A stretch of 64,000 bases of DNA, taken from a virus. The first letter of the stretch is position 1. Every line of letters begins with the position of its first letter. A program made the translations under genes and the position numbers. The notes under the pieces are model-generated. The model was given only the letters and a program-made list of their open reading frames with translations. It was not told the DNA's origin and made no database searches. This document shows, one piece after another, positions 26,766 to 35,565 of the stretch. The DNA lies in the IMG/VR virus record IMGVR_UViG_3300042507_004023; one strand, written 5' to 3'.

Positions 26766-26978
26766 ATGGCTAAGTTTGAATCGGGCTCATGCCCTGTTAC
26801 TGGTGGCTGCGACAAGTTGAATTGCCTTCTTTCCAAGGTTGGAGTCAACCGTAGCATGCTCGTTACTCTCGCCCTGCTTCCGTTCGCTTGGAATGGAGCC
26901 TTGTGGCTGAAGAACGCCGTGGTCGCTGTCATCAATGTGGTGATGGGTCTTTTTGGCGGTAACACTCCCGCTTGCTGA
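26766..26978 (+). CDS. small membrane protein with Cys-containing N-terminus
   Basis: SD AAGGAG; hydrophobic C-terminal half. Confidence 0.65.
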   Translation: MAKFESGSCPVTGGCDKLNCLLSKVGVNRSMLVTLALLPFAWNGALWLKNAVVAVINVVMGLFGGNTPAC

Positions 26979-27003
26979 TAGCGGAGTAGTGCAAGGATGC
27001 ACC

Positions 27004-27074
27004 TGCCCGATGGTGTAACGGTAGCACGAGAGATTTTGGTCCTCTCTGTCCTAGTTCGAATCTAGGTCGGGCAA
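27004..27074 (+). tRNA. tRNA-Gln(UUG)
   Basis: TGCCCGA/TCGGGCA acceptor; loop TTTTGGT. Confidence 0.9.
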
Positions 27075-27088
27075 TTTTGGAGACAGGT

Positions 27089-27298
27089 ATGGAAAAGTGG
27101 AACTTCTATCCGACAGATGATGACGGCAATGAGATTCGTGATCCCGAAACGGTGAAGCGATATCATCAGGCTATCATGTTGTTTGGATTGAAGTTTGCTG
27201 AATATGTGAAAGAGATTGATGGTGATCTTTGGAAACGAGCCAATGATTATGCAGCCTCTTTTACAAAAATTGATGGCGTAGAATTTATGAAGGATTAA
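27089..27298 (+). CDS. small hypothetical protein
   Basis: ATG 27089 in ORF 27077-27298. Confidence 0.6.
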   Translation: MEKWNFYPTDDDGNEIRDPETVKRYHQAIMLFGLKFAEYVKEIDGDLWKRANDYAASFTKIDGVEFMKD

Positions 27299-27301
27299 TA
27301 A

Positions 27302-27374
27302 GGGTCGATAGTTCAATTGGGAGAACAATGCCTTTGCAAGGCATGGGTTGGAGGTTCGAGTCCTCTTCGATCCA
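27302..27374 (+). tRNA. tRNA-Ala(UGC)
   Basis: G3-U70 pair; ATGCC-TTTGCAA-GGCAT. Confidence 0.92.
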
Positions 27375-27391
27375 CTACAGGAGACCGCAGT

Positions 27392-27598
27392 ATGAACACA
27401 CACGGATACATTCCAGGACAAGGCTACAAAGACGGCTATCAAGATCGGATGGCAGGACTAGCCGACCGTTCTGTTTCGTATGCCGTCACTCAACCATATT
27501 GGGCTGAGTATCGACAGGGATATGCGGAAGCGGAACGCAACATCATTGAACGAGCCAAGCAAGGAATCAACGAAAGCAAGCGATTCCTTTCTGAGTGA
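27392..27598 (+). CDS. small hypothetical protein (GYKDGY type)
   Basis: SD AGGAG; ATG 27392. Confidence 0.65.
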   Translation: MNTHGYIPGQGYKDGYQDRMAGLADRSVSYAVTQPYWAEYRQGYAEAERNIIERAKQGINESKRFLSE

Positions 27599-27604
27599 AA
27601 TATG

Positions 27605-27692
27605 GGGCAGATGGCGGAGTGGTCTAACGCGGTTGTCTTGAAAACAACAGTAGGTGAACAATCTACCGGGGGTTCGAATCCCTCTCTGCCCG
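27605..27692 (+). tRNA. tRNA-Ser(UGA)
   Basis: GTTGT-CTTGAAA-ACAAC; long variable arm; G73. Confidence 0.92.
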
Positions 27693-27696
27693 TTAA

Positions 27697-27777
27697 GCGT
27701 CGTTACCAAAGCGGCAACTGGGACAGACTGTAAATCTGTTGTCTTTGACTTCGTAGGTTCGAGTCCTACACGACGCA
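27697..27777 (+). tRNA. tRNA-Tyr(GUA)
   Basis: ACAGA-CTGTAAA-TCTGT; variable arm. Confidence 0.92.
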
Positions 27778-27783
27778 CTTTTA

Positions 27784-27868
27784 GGGCAGATGGCAGAGTG
27801 GTCTAATGCAGCGGTTTACTAAACCGCCGAGGTGAATGCCTCCGAGGGTTCGAATCCTTCTCTGCCCG
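27784..27868 (+). tRNA. tRNA-Ser(ACU), unusual A34 anticodon
   Basis: GCGGT-TTACTAA-ACCGC; long variable arm; acceptor GGGCAGA/TCTGCCC-G identical to the Ser(UGA) gene. Confidence 0.85.
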
Positions 27869-27872
27869 CTTT

Positions 27873-27947
27873 GGTCGGATACCCAAGTGGCTTAAGGGAA
27901 CGGATTGCAAATCCGTGATTTCGTGAGTTCAAATCTCACTCCGACCT
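27873..27947 (+). tRNA. tRNA-Cys(GCA)
   Basis: ACGGA-TTGCAAA-TCCGT; U73. Confidence 0.92.
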
Positions 27948-27971
27948 TTGACTTGGACTATATACTAAACC

Positions 27972-28334
27972 ATGTGCGTAACATTCTTCCTACAACTTCA
28001 ATCTCAACTACGAGTGCTTCACTGGCAAACCAAGTCTTATGCCGAACATAAGGCTTTAGGAAAGGCTTACGAAGATCTTGATGGCTTGGTTGATAAGTTT
28101 ATGGAAGTTCACACAGGCAAATACGGCAATACCTTGGGGAATCCAAGTTTTAGTTTCTATGTTAACAACTACAAGGATTCCAATTCGTTGGGCGTAATTA
28201 ACGCCGCCATCTATCATCTCACTCACGAACTGCCAACAAAGTTGGATCAGACGGCTGACACCGATCTTTTAAATATTCGTGACGAGATGCTTGCTGTTCT
28301 GAATCAGACAAAATATCTGCTTCGTTTAACTTAA
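27972..28334 (+). CDS. ferritin/Dps-like four-helix protein (DUF5856 type)
   Basis: LHWQTKSYAEHKALG...DKFME...LLNIRDEM...YLLRL. Confidence 0.8.
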   Translation: MCVTFFLQLQSQLRVLHWQTKSYAEHKALGKAYEDLDGLVDKFMEVHTGKYGNTLGNPSFSFYVNNYKDSNSLGVINAAIYHLTHELPTKLDQTADTDLLNIRDEMLAVLNQTKYLLRLT

Positions 28335-28338
28335 TCCC

Positions 28339-28366
28339 TTGACAGGGACGGTTAGCACGATATAAT
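28339..28366 (+). promoter_or_regulatory. sigma70-type promoter for tRNA-Glu and the downstream RNA
   Basis: TTGACA (28339-28344), 16 nt, TATAAT (28361-28366). Confidence 0.75.
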
Positions 28367-28385
28367 ACTCTAGTTGAAGTTACTT

Positions 28386-28458
28386 GGCCCTATCGTCTAG
28401 TGGTCTAGGATAGGAGGCTTTCATCCTCTTGACCGGAGTTCGAATCTCCGTAGGGTCA
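28386..28458 (+). tRNA. tRNA-Glu(UUC)
   Basis: GGAGG-CTTTCAT-CCTCT; GGCCCTA/TAGGGTC. Confidence 0.92.
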
Positions 28459-28558
28459 CTAAAAACCTTGATGGGATTGTTAACCCCATCAAAAACCTTT
28501 GAACTGTCTATCCATCTCCCTGCTCACTAACAGTAGGAACAAGAGTTTGCGATACAGT

Positions 28559-28732
28559 CGGGGGGCGTAGTTGGATGTTTCTTCTAGATGGCCACTAGAG
28601 AGCATCAGGTCTGCTGCCTTTCTTTTATGGGGAGAGTTCTTTGGTTGAAGGAGTAACAACCATCGGTAGAATCGCTGATGAAATCATTCTAGATAATTCA
28701 TTAGTGGCGGGTTCGATTCCCGCATCCCCGTC
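28559..28732 (+). ncRNA. tRNA-like structured RNA of unknown function
   Basis: Canonical T-arm GCGGG-TTCGATT-CCCGC then ATCCCCG; 5' CGGGGGG can form the acceptor; internal hairpins; no standard anticodon arm. Confidence 0.5.
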
Positions 28733-28777
28733 TAAATAATCGGGTTGTTTGAGTGAACTTTTAATGATGAGGAAAAC

Positions 28778-29767
28778 ATGAAGACAGCGATGATAACTGG
28801 TGTTAACGGTCAGGATGGTTCTTACCTTGCTGACCTTTTGATTTCCAAGGGTTACTATGTGGTGGGTCTGAAGCGTAGAACTTCGTCCATCAATACTGGA
28901 CGAGTGGATCACATCTACGACAATCCAATCTCAAATTCACAATTCAAGATGCACTACTACGATCTGTCGGACGGAGCGGCAATCGTGCATCTGTTGGATA
29001 AGTATCAGCCAAACGAATTCTACAATATTGCTGCTCAGTCGCATGTTGCAGTTTCCTTTGATGTTCCTGAATATACTTCTGATGGTATCGCTCAAGGAAC
29101 TCTCAAGATTCTTGAAGCCATCCGAACTGTAAGTCCGGCTACTCGTTACTATCAGGCTTCTTCATCGGAAATGTTTGGAGATAGCGATGATTACGATCAG
29201 CACGGTTACACGGAAACTAGCCGAATGATGCCAGTATCTCCGTATGCGGTGGCTAAACTTCATGCTCATCACATGACGCGAGTGTATCGTAATGCTTATG
29301 AACTTCACGCTTCATCCGGCATTCTGTTTAATCACGAAAGTCCTCGTCGTGGCGAAACCTTTGTGACTCGCAAGATTACTATGGCAGCAGCCAAGATTAA
29401 AGCAGGATTGCAAAACAAACTGTTCCTTGGAAATCTTGACTCTAAGCGAGATTGGGGTTTTGCTGGCGATTATGTGGAAGCCATGTGGTTGATGCTTCAG
29501 CAAAACACTCCAGACGATTATGTGATTGCCACCAACCGAACTCATACTGTTCGTGAATTCTTGGAAGTAGTATTTGACTACGCGGGTCTTGGTGATTACA
29601 ATAAGTATGTGGAAATTGATCCAAGACTTTTCCGACCAAACGAGGTTCCCTACCTGCTAGGAAATCCTGCTAAGGCGAAGCGAGTGTTGGGTTGGCAACC
29701 AAAGTATGATATGCCTGCTCTTGCTCGTATGATGTTTGATTCGGATTACGCCACCTACAAGGAGTGA
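28778..29767 (+). CDS. gmd: GDP-mannose 4,6-dehydratase
   Basis: [12 protein letters not shown]; [10 protein letters not shown]; SPYAVAKL; [17 protein letters not shown]; [10 protein letters not shown]. Confidence 0.96.
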   Translation: MKTAMITGVNGQDGSYLADLLISKGYYVVGLKRRTSSINTGRVDHIYDNPISNSQFKMHYYDLSDGAAIVHLLDKYQPNEFYNIAAQSHVAVSFDVPEYTSDGIAQGTLKILEAIRTVSPATRYYQASSSEMFGDSDDYDQHGYTETSRMMPVSPYAVAKLHAHHMTRVYRNAYELHASSGILFNHESPRRGETFVTRKITMAAAKIKAGLQNKLFLGNLDSKRDWGFAGDYVEAMWLMLQQNTPDDYVIATNRTHTVREFLEVVFDYAGLGDYNKYVEIDPRLFRPNEVPYLLGNPAKAKRVLGWQPKYDMPALARMMFDSDYATYKE

Positions 29768-29771
29768 TAGT

Positions 29772-30824
29772 ATGAAGATTGAAGATGATGTGAAACTTGA
29801 CTTTGCAGATGTGTTGATTCGCCCAAAGCGTAGCAACCTTGACAGCAGAAATAAAGTTGATTTGCTTCGTCGTTTTAATTTTCGTTTGGCAGCAGGTAAA
29901 GAAACGGTTTGGGAAGGCGTTCCCGTCATGGCATCAAACATGGACACCATCGGAACTTTTTCAATGGCAGAAGCCTTGGAAAAGCACAATGCCTTGTGTG
30001 CTGTTCACAAGTATTACACCGTAGACGATTGGCGTAGAGAAACAAGCGGGTGGTTTGCTCGTCACCCTAATTGTGGACTAGTTTACACAATGGGTATGGG
30101 TAGCGATAGCAACAATTTTGCTGAACTTCAGAAAGCACAAGAGGTGATGCGTAACAGTCCTGCTATCAAGTTTATCTGTGTGGATGTGGCTAACGGCTAT
30201 ACTGAAAAGTTTGTGCGATATGTGCAAACCATTCGTGAAGCATTCCCCAACCATATCTTGATTGCAGGCAATGTGGTAACACGAGAAATGACTGAAGCCT
30301 TAATTCTAGCAGGGGCGAACATTGTGAAGATTGGAATTGGGCCAGGATCGGTTTGCACCACACGAAAGGTTGCAGGCGTGGGCTACCCGCAACTATCGTG
30401 CATCATGGAGTGTGCTGATGCCGCACACGGACTAGGTGGCTATGTGCTTTCGGACGGTGGGTGCACCTGCCCCGGTGATGTAGCCAAGGCATTCGGTGCA
30501 GGCGCAGACTTTGTTATGATTGGTGGCATGTTTGCAGGAACTGATGAAGCCGCAGGTGAGGAAACCGAAGACGGCAAAGAATTCTACGGCATGAGTTCCG
30601 CTACTGCAATGGAAAAGTATTCAGGAGGAGTTGCACAATATCGTGCCGCAGAAGGTAAGCGGGTTCATGTGAAGCCTGTTGGTCCTGTGGATGGCGTGAT
30701 GCAACAAATTCTTGGTGGAGTTCGTTCGGCTTGCACTTATGTGGGGGCTGCTCGCTTGAAGGACTTGCCAAAATGCACAACATTTGTCCGAGTTAACCGT
30801 CAACTCAATACCATTTTCACCTAA
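29772..30824 (+). CDS. guaC: GMP reductase
   Basis: [21 protein letters not shown]; [10 protein letters not shown]; YRAAEGK; [12 protein letters not shown]. Confidence 0.93.
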   Translation: MKIEDDVKLDFADVLIRPKRSNLDSRNKVDLLRRFNFRLAAGKETVWEGVPVMASNMDTIGTFSMAEALEKHNALCAVHKYYTVDDWRRETSGWFARHPNCGLVYTMGMGSDSNNFAELQKAQEVMRNSPAIKFICVDVANGYTEKFVRYVQTIREAFPNHILIAGNVVTREMTEALILAGANIVKIGIGPGSVCTTRKVAGVGYPQLSCIMECADAAHGLGGYVLSDGGCTCPGDVAKAFGAGADFVMIGGMFAGTDEAAGEETEDGKEFYGMSSATAMEKYSGGVAQYRAAEGKRVHVKPVGPVDGVMQQILGGVRSACTYVGAARLKDLPKCTTFVRVNRQLNTIFT

Positions 30825-30845
30825 CTATAATGGCTCGGACTTTTT

Positions 30846-30917
30846 GCGGGTATAACTCAGCGGTAGAGTATTGGTTTTCCAAACCAAAGGCCGAGGGTTC
30901 GAATCCCTCTACCCGCT
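30846..30917 (+). tRNA. tRNA-Gly(UCC)
   Basis: TTGGT-TTTCCAA-ACCAA; GCGGGTA/TACCCGC-T. Confidence 0.92.
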
Positions 30918-30921
30918 TTCT

Positions 30922-30996
30922 CGGGGTGTAGCACAGTTTGGCTAGTGCGCCTGCTTTGGGAGCAGGAGGTCGTAGGTTCAAATCCTATCACCCCGA
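30922..30996 (+). tRNA. tRNA-Pro(UGG)
   Basis: CCTGC-TTTGGGA-GCAGG; CGGGGTG/CACCCCG-A. Confidence 0.92.
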
Positions 30997-31012
30997 CTTT
31001 GGAGTATATAAA

Positions 31013-31270
31013 ATGACTGAACCTTTTGACCGTGTTAAAGAATTTTTGAATCTTCCGCTTAATCAGATGAATTCTGCTGAGATGGAGTGGAGATTGAATG
31101 CCATGTCTCCTGAAGATGCGAAGCGATTGTTTGAAGCAATGGAGAATCCTCCTACGCCAAGTCTTCGTAACGCATTCACTCGTTGGAAGGCATGGCGTAA
31201 GCGGTGGGGAACTGCAAACGAAGCACTTGACCGCCTTGCAAAACTTGACGAAGAGTTGGGACTACAATGA
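31013..31270 (+). CDS. small hypothetical protein (DUF1778-like FEAMENPPTPS..LR segment)
   Basis: ATG 31013 after GGAG; stop overlaps the purA start. Confidence 0.6.
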   Translation: MTEPFDRVKEFLNLPLNQMNSAEMEWRLNAMSPEDAKRLFEAMENPPTPSLRNAFTRWKAWRKRWGTANEALDRLAKLDEELGLQ

Positions 31271-32265
31271 TTGAAACCGTTGATGTGGTATACGGTCTTG
31301 CGTGGGGCGATGAAGGCAAGGGCAAGATTGCCGCTGCTCTTGCTCCCAAATACGATTGGGTGTGCCGATGGAACGGCGGGCCAAACGCAGGACACACCGT
31401 GTGGGTAAACGGCAAGAAGCACAAGACCCATATTATTCCTTCAGGCATTTTTGCAGGCAAGCGGTGCTTGATTGGGCCAGGATGTGTAATCAACACCGAC
31501 AAGTTTTTTGAAGAGATTCGGTATCTGCGTAGCGAAGGGTTTGACACTTCGCTTGTCAAGATTTCTCCTGCTGCTCATATCATTACACAAGCACACATTG
31601 ATTACGATAAGCGGAACTTGGTGCATCTTGGAACCACAGGTCAAGGAATTGCTCCGTGCTATTCCGACAAGATGATTCGTGGTGGTAAGCGAGCCGCCGA
31701 GTATTTCATTAGTGAATGGCTTTGGGACGGCAAACTAGACGGACGGGTGCTGTGCGAAGGCGCACAAAGCGTTTGGTTAGACATTGACCACGGCGATTAT
31801 CCGTATGTCACTTCTAGCACAACACTTCCGTATGGTGCATGTTCTATTGGTTTCTCGCCGCATAAGATTGGAAGACTGATTGGTGTGGCTAAGATTTACG
31901 ATACCAAGAGCGGAGTTGACCCACTATTCCCGACTTCTCTATGGGATGACCAAGAACTTGATGCAGTTCTTCAAGCAGGTGGTGAGTTTGGAACCACAAC
32001 TGGCAGAAAGCGTTTGGTAAATTGGTTGAATCTTGACAAACTGATTCAATCCATGAAACTGTCGGGTTGCACGGAACTCATTATCAACAAATGTGATGTG
32101 CTAGAAAAAGTGGGAGTTTTTAAAGTTTACCACAAGGGTTCACTACACAATTTTAAAGATTTAGGCGAACTGAAGGTTTTTATAATTGATGCTATTGGCG
32201 ATGCAGGAAACTGCGGTCTACCTGTTCACCAAATCACCTTCTCAAGCCACCAGGAGACGATATGA
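31267..32265 (+). CDS. purA: adenylosuccinate synthetase (short form)
   Basis: GDEGKGK; GGPNAGHT; GTTGQGIAP; EGAQ; YPYVTSS; GTTTGRKR. Confidence 0.93.
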   Translation: MIETVDVVYGLAWGDEGKGKIAAALAPKYDWVCRWNGGPNAGHTVWVNGKKHKTHIIPSGIFAGKRCLIGPGCVINTDKFFEEIRYLRSEGFDTSLVKISPAAHIITQAHIDYDKRNLVHLGTTGQGIAPCYSDKMIRGGKRAAEYFISEWLWDGKLDGRVLCEGAQSVWLDIDHGDYPYVTSSTTLPYGACSIGFSPHKIGRLIGVAKIYDTKSGVDPLFPTSLWDDQELDAVLQAGGEFGTTTGRKRLVNWLNLDKLIQSMKLSGCTELIINKCDVLEKVGVFKVYHKGSLHNFKDLGELKVFIIDAIGDAGNCGLPVHQITFSSHQETI

Positions 32266-32396
32266 GCGGCAAGCATGCAGCAGGCAAGGGAGATAGATAC
32301 CGTAAGGTGGATTACGCTTTATGGTCAAAGAATTGGGACGCAATTTTTAAGAAAAAGAAGAAAGCAAATAAAAAAATTGCACCGAAGGGAAAGTGA
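32262..32396 (+). CDS. small basic protein (GKGDRYR...NWDAIF type)
   Basis: Translated by eye: MSGKHAAGKGDRYRKVDYALWSKNWDAIFKKKKK...; SD AGGAG. Confidence 0.65.
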   Translation: MSGKHAAGKGDRYRKVDYALWSKNWDAIFKKKKKANKKIAPKGK

Positions 32397-32405
32397 CGGT
32401 ATACT
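32377..32405 (+). promoter_or_regulatory. sigma70-type promoter
   Basis: TTGCAC, 17 nt, TATACT (32400-32405). Confidence 0.55.
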
Positions 32406-32470
32406 AAACACTATACCTTAACTTTACCAGACTTGTTGGAGCGGTTACAGCAAGTCGCATTCGGAGAAAG

Positions 32471-32656
32471 ATGATGGAGATTGAAGACTTCGCAGCGCAT
32501 GCGAATATCGGAGAACTAGCCCGCAAAACTGCTCGTATTGTTGAGTGGGAATTGGAAGGCAAGTTCACCGCATCGCAAGCGTTTGAAGAGATACGAAAAG
32601 TTTACTTGTCACTAAAACAATCTACAGAAGAAATCAGGGGAGCCACAAGTGTCTGA
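32471..32656 (+). CDS. small hypothetical protein
   Basis: ORF with GGAG upstream. Confidence 0.55.
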   Translation: MMEIEDFAAHANIGELARKTARIVEWELEGKFTASQAFEEIRKVYLSLKQSTEEIRGATSV

Positions 32657-33284
32657 ACAAATTGAAACCTATCGAAAAGAATTGATTACAGAAATCTCAC
32701 TTGCTCGCGTGTTCTCACATGTTGAGAAGCGACCGTTTGCTTTGCTTACCGCGTTTCGTGGCAGCAATTCGCTGTCGGTGAATCGTGGACTCAACAAGAA
32801 GTTGGAGAATGATATTCGTGCAGCAGGTTTTGGTTTTGAGAAAGTTGTTGGCACTTACGAAGAAGACCTTGGTGACGGCAAGAAGCGTCGTGTTACTGAA
32901 GAGTCTTTTATGATTATCGGAGATGATGATAGTGCTGCGAAGGTTGGAGCCATCAAAGGCTTTGCCAAGAAGATGGGCGCAAAGTATGAGCAGGATGCTA
33001 TCTTTTTCAAGTCGCCTGCCAATCCACAAGGATTAGTCATCGGAACCAAGGCAGAAGCATGGCCTGGTCTAGGTAAGGAAGAACCTGTTGGTGAGTTCAA
33101 GCCTAACCGACTTAGCGGCATCTATACTGCACTCAAGACCAAGAACAAGGAGCCAATTAGTGGTTTCAAGTTTGAGGAATTCCATCATCCAATGACTGTA
33201 ACTGAAATTTGGGTGAAGCATCTTATGAAGAAGAAAGGTTTAGATAATGATAGACAAAATGAGAGAACTTCGTCGTCGTCGTAA
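32649..33284 (+). CDS. hypothetical phage protein (LSR..H...LTAFRG...EESF...YEQDAI type)
   Basis: ORF track. Confidence 0.7.
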   Translation: MSEQIETYRKELITEISLARVFSHVEKRPFALLTAFRGSNSLSVNRGLNKKLENDIRAAGFGFEKVVGTYEEDLGDGKKRRVTEESFMIIGDDDSAAKVGAIKGFAKKMGAKYEQDAIFFKSPANPQGLVIGTKAEAWPGLGKEEPVGEFKPNRLSGIYTALKTKNKEPISGFKFEEFHHPMTVTEIWVKHLMKKKGLDNDRQNERTSSSS

Positions 33285-33411
33285 GCGTCGTTACGAATCC
33301 CGAAAAATTAAGCGTCAGACAGAACTTCTAAATGCGAAGAAGGAAATTCTTCGTAAATTAGAAGATCGTGGTATTCTTCCGCTTTGGATTAAGCGGGAAA
33401 AGCAAATCTAA
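33247..33411 (+). CDS. small highly basic protein
   Basis: Translated by eye: MIDKMRELRRRRKRRYESRKIKRQ..., 54 aa. Confidence 0.55.
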   Translation: MIDKMRELRRRRKRRYESRKIKRQTELLNAKKEILRKLEDRGILPLWIKREKQI

Positions 33412-33416
33412 AAAGG

Positions 33417-33488
33417 TGGCTCGTAGCACAACGGTAGTGCGATCCGCTGTTAACGGATAGGTTGCTGGTTCGAATCCAGCCGAGCCAG
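33417..33488 (+). tRNA. tRNA-Asn(GUU)
   Basis: ATCCG-CTGTTAA-CGGAT; U1-A72; G73. Confidence 0.92.
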
Positions 33489-33495
33489 TTTAAAT

Positions 33496-34401
33496 ATGGA
33501 AAAGCGTTATCTAATCACAGGTGGAGCAGGACTTGTTGGAACTTCAGTTCCTTTTGGATTAAAGCCAACTCGCAAAGAAGTTGATCTAAGTAATTACGAT
33601 CAACTAATTGGTTACATTCGTGACCATAAAATTACAGATATTGTTCATTGCGCTGGAAAGGTTGGCGGAGTTAAATCCAACAAGCAGTTCATCAACGATT
33701 TTCTTGTTGATAACTTAACTATCAACGCAAACATTATCAAGGCTTCTCGGGAAGTTAAACGAGCAACCTTCTTGTTGTCTACTTGCATCTTTCCTGAGTT
33801 TGCTCACTATCCGCTAACCGAAGAACAAATTCATAACGGCGAACCACATCCCACAAATTACGGATACGCTTACGCAAAGCGAATGCTTGAAGTGGGAGCA
33901 AGAAGTCTACGAGAGCAATACAAAGTTAATGCGAAGTGTATTATTCCTTGTAATCTTTACGGAGCAAACGATAATTACGATATGGAAAACGGGCATGTTC
34001 TTCCAAGTCTAATTCATCGTTGTTATCTTTCAAAGATTAACAATCAACCTTTTACAATTTGGGGAGAAGGTAAGGCTCTTCGTGAATTTGTATTTTCCGA
34101 AGACCTTGGTAGAATTTTACAAATGATTCATGTTGACGAACACTCAACTCCTGATATGATGATTGTTTCTCCAGGTAAAGAGTGGAGCATTCGTGAAGCG
34201 GTAGAAATTATAATTTCCGAAATGGGCTTTTCTGGCGAATTGGTGTTTGACAAAACCAAGCCAGAAGGTATAATGAGGAAGCCAACAAACAATACCTTGT
34301 TCACGACTTACTTCCCTGATTTTAAATTTACCGACTTGAAGACTGGTCTAAAGAAAACTATTGAGGACTTTCTAGTAAAATACCCGAATGTCCGAAAGTA
34401 A
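33496..34401 (+). CDS. fcl: GDP-L-fucose synthase-like epimerase/reductase (Fcl or ColC)
   Basis: TGGAGLVG; AGKVGG; LSTCIFP; YAYAKR; IPCNLYG; HVLPSLI; REFVFSEDL. Confidence 0.9.
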   Translation: MEKRYLITGGAGLVGTSVPFGLKPTRKEVDLSNYDQLIGYIRDHKITDIVHCAGKVGGVKSNKQFINDFLVDNLTINANIIKASREVKRATFLLSTCIFPEFAHYPLTEEQIHNGEPHPTNYGYAYAKRMLEVGARSLREQYKVNAKCIIPCNLYGANDNYDMENGHVLPSLIHRCYLSKINNQPFTIWGEGKALREFVFSEDLGRILQMIHVDEHSTPDMMIVSPGKEWSIREAVEIIISEMGFSGELVFDKTKPEGIMRKPTNNTLFTTYFPDFKFTDLKTGLKKTIEDFLVKYPNVRK

Positions 34402-34402
34402 T

Positions 34403-34475
34403 GGGACTGTAGACCAACGGCAGAGTCAACGGATTTAAAATCCGTAAAGTATGGGTTCGAATCCCATCAGTCCTA
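34403..34475 (+). tRNA. tRNA-Leu(UAA) with short variable loop
   Basis: ACGGA-TTTAAAA-TCCGT; 5-nt variable region AAAGT; A73. Confidence 0.85.
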
Positions 34476-34481
34476 CTGTTT

Positions 34482-34567
34482 GCGAGAGTGGCTGGAATTG
34501 GCATACACGGCGGATTCAAAATCCGCTGCCCTCTAAAGGCGTGTGGGTTCGAATCCCACCTCTCGCA
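34482..34567 (+). tRNA. tRNA-Leu(CAA)
   Basis: GCGGA-TTCAAAA-TCCGC; long variable arm. Confidence 0.92.
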
Positions 34568-34603
34568 CTTTTGTTCAGATTGTGTTATACGATATCTACT
34601 CAC

Positions 34604-34801
34604 ATGGAAACAATAGCAACAATCTTTTTCATCGTTTCGGGAATTTCCGCACTCGCAGCCTCGCAAATCAAGTTATATACTTGGGCGTATTCTCAAGGAT
34701 ACGGTCACGGCAAGCATGCCGGATTTAGTGAAGGCTTATTTAAAGCCTACGAGCGACAGTCTCGTAGGAAGGAGAAACTATACCATGACGCTACCATATG
34801 A
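34604..34801 (+). CDS. small membrane protein
   Basis: ATG 34604; N-terminal hydrophobic helix. Confidence 0.55.
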   Translation: METIATIFFIVSGISALAASQIKLYTWAYSQGYGHGKHAGFSEGLFKAYERQSRRKEKLYHDATI

Positions 34802-35318
34802 ATCTTATTGGGCAGTTGTTAAGACTTCAGAATTTCTGAAGGAACTTATGGGCAACACCAAGATGGGCAAGGATGCAATTCGCAAGCAGGCTCGTGATTT
34901 GCTCAAGCACTATCCGTTTGACTTTGATGTTGAACTGTGGATCAAGAACAACGAGAAGGTGATGTGCGAATGGGGCAAGCCCAAGGCAAGTGAAAAGGGA
35001 TACATTGCTATCGGTCGTCACGATCCTGTAGAGTATTCTCCCAAGCATGGCGGTTGGATTTTCTGGCAAGAAACATGGGCAGACTTTCATGGGCCCTTTG
35101 TTAACGAAGCAGAATGTCAGGCTGCTCTGATTCAATACTGCAAAGAACTTGATGCTGGCGAAAAGTCCAAGGAACTGGCAGCAGAGAAGGCTGAAGAAAA
35201 GCGAAGAAACGATCTGTTGAAGACTAATGCATTTTCTCCACCAGAACTAAAGGAAATGGTTGCCAAGGTTAAGAAGTCTTTGGCAAAGAAGGAAAAGAAA
35301 ACCAAAGTCAAGAAGTAA
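34785..35318 (+). CDS. hypothetical protein, Lys-rich C-terminus
   Basis: SD AAGGAG; ATG 34785. Confidence 0.65.
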   Translation: MTLPYESYWAVVKTSEFLKELMGNTKMGKDAIRKQARDLLKHYPFDFDVELWIKNNEKVMCEWGKPKASEKGYIAIGRHDPVEYSPKHGGWIFWQETWADFHGPFVNEAECQAALIQYCKELDAGEKSKELAAEKAEEKRRNDLLKTNAFSPPELKEMVAKVKKSLAKKEKKTKVKK

Positions 35319-35324
35319 GAAATA

Positions 35325-35406
35325 GTCGGTGTGGTGAAATTGGCATACACGAAAGATTTAGGTTCTTTTGCCGCAAGGCGTGTGGGTTCGACTCCCTCCA
35401 CCGACA
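35325..35406 (+). tRNA. tRNA-Leu(UAG)
   Basis: AAAGA-TTTAGGT-TCTTT; long variable arm. Confidence 0.9.
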
Positions 35407-35411
35407 CTAAT

Positions 35412-35484
35412 AGTCCCTTAACTCAACGGCTAGAGTGCTTCCTTTACACGGAAGAAGTTGTAGGTTCGAATCCTATAGGGACTA
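35412..35484 (+). tRNA. tRNA-Val(UAC)
   Basis: CTTCC-TTTACAC-GGAAG. Confidence 0.92.
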
Positions 35485-35489
35485 CTTTC

Positions 35490-35561
35490 GCCATCTTAGC
35501 ACAGTGGTAGTGCACCTGATTTGTAATCTGGAGGTCGTGGGTTCGAATCCCACAGATGGCT
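35490..35561 (+). tRNA. tRNA-Thr(UGU)
   Basis: CCTGA-TTTGTAA-TCTGG; GCCATCT/AGATGGC. Confidence 0.9.
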
Positions 35562-35565
35562 TTAC

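Noticed and set aside
28559-28732. tmRNA or tRNA-Sec
   Set aside because: No G3-U70, CCA, or tag reading frame ending in an AA-type degron, and it is short for tmRNA; no UCA anticodon arm for Sec.
31267-32265. Possible PurZ (2-aminoadenine, Z-genome) enzyme
   Set aside because: The N-terminal motif is GDEGKG with the catalytic Asp of canonical PurA, not the Ser-containing GSTGKG of PurZ, and no DatZ/MazZ partner is seen nearby.
25993-35407. Short ORFs overlapping tRNA genes (e.g. 25993-26205, 26046-26333, 27458-27778, 34358-34666, 35132-35407)
   Set aside because: They are chance translations of tRNA and intron sequence on either strand.
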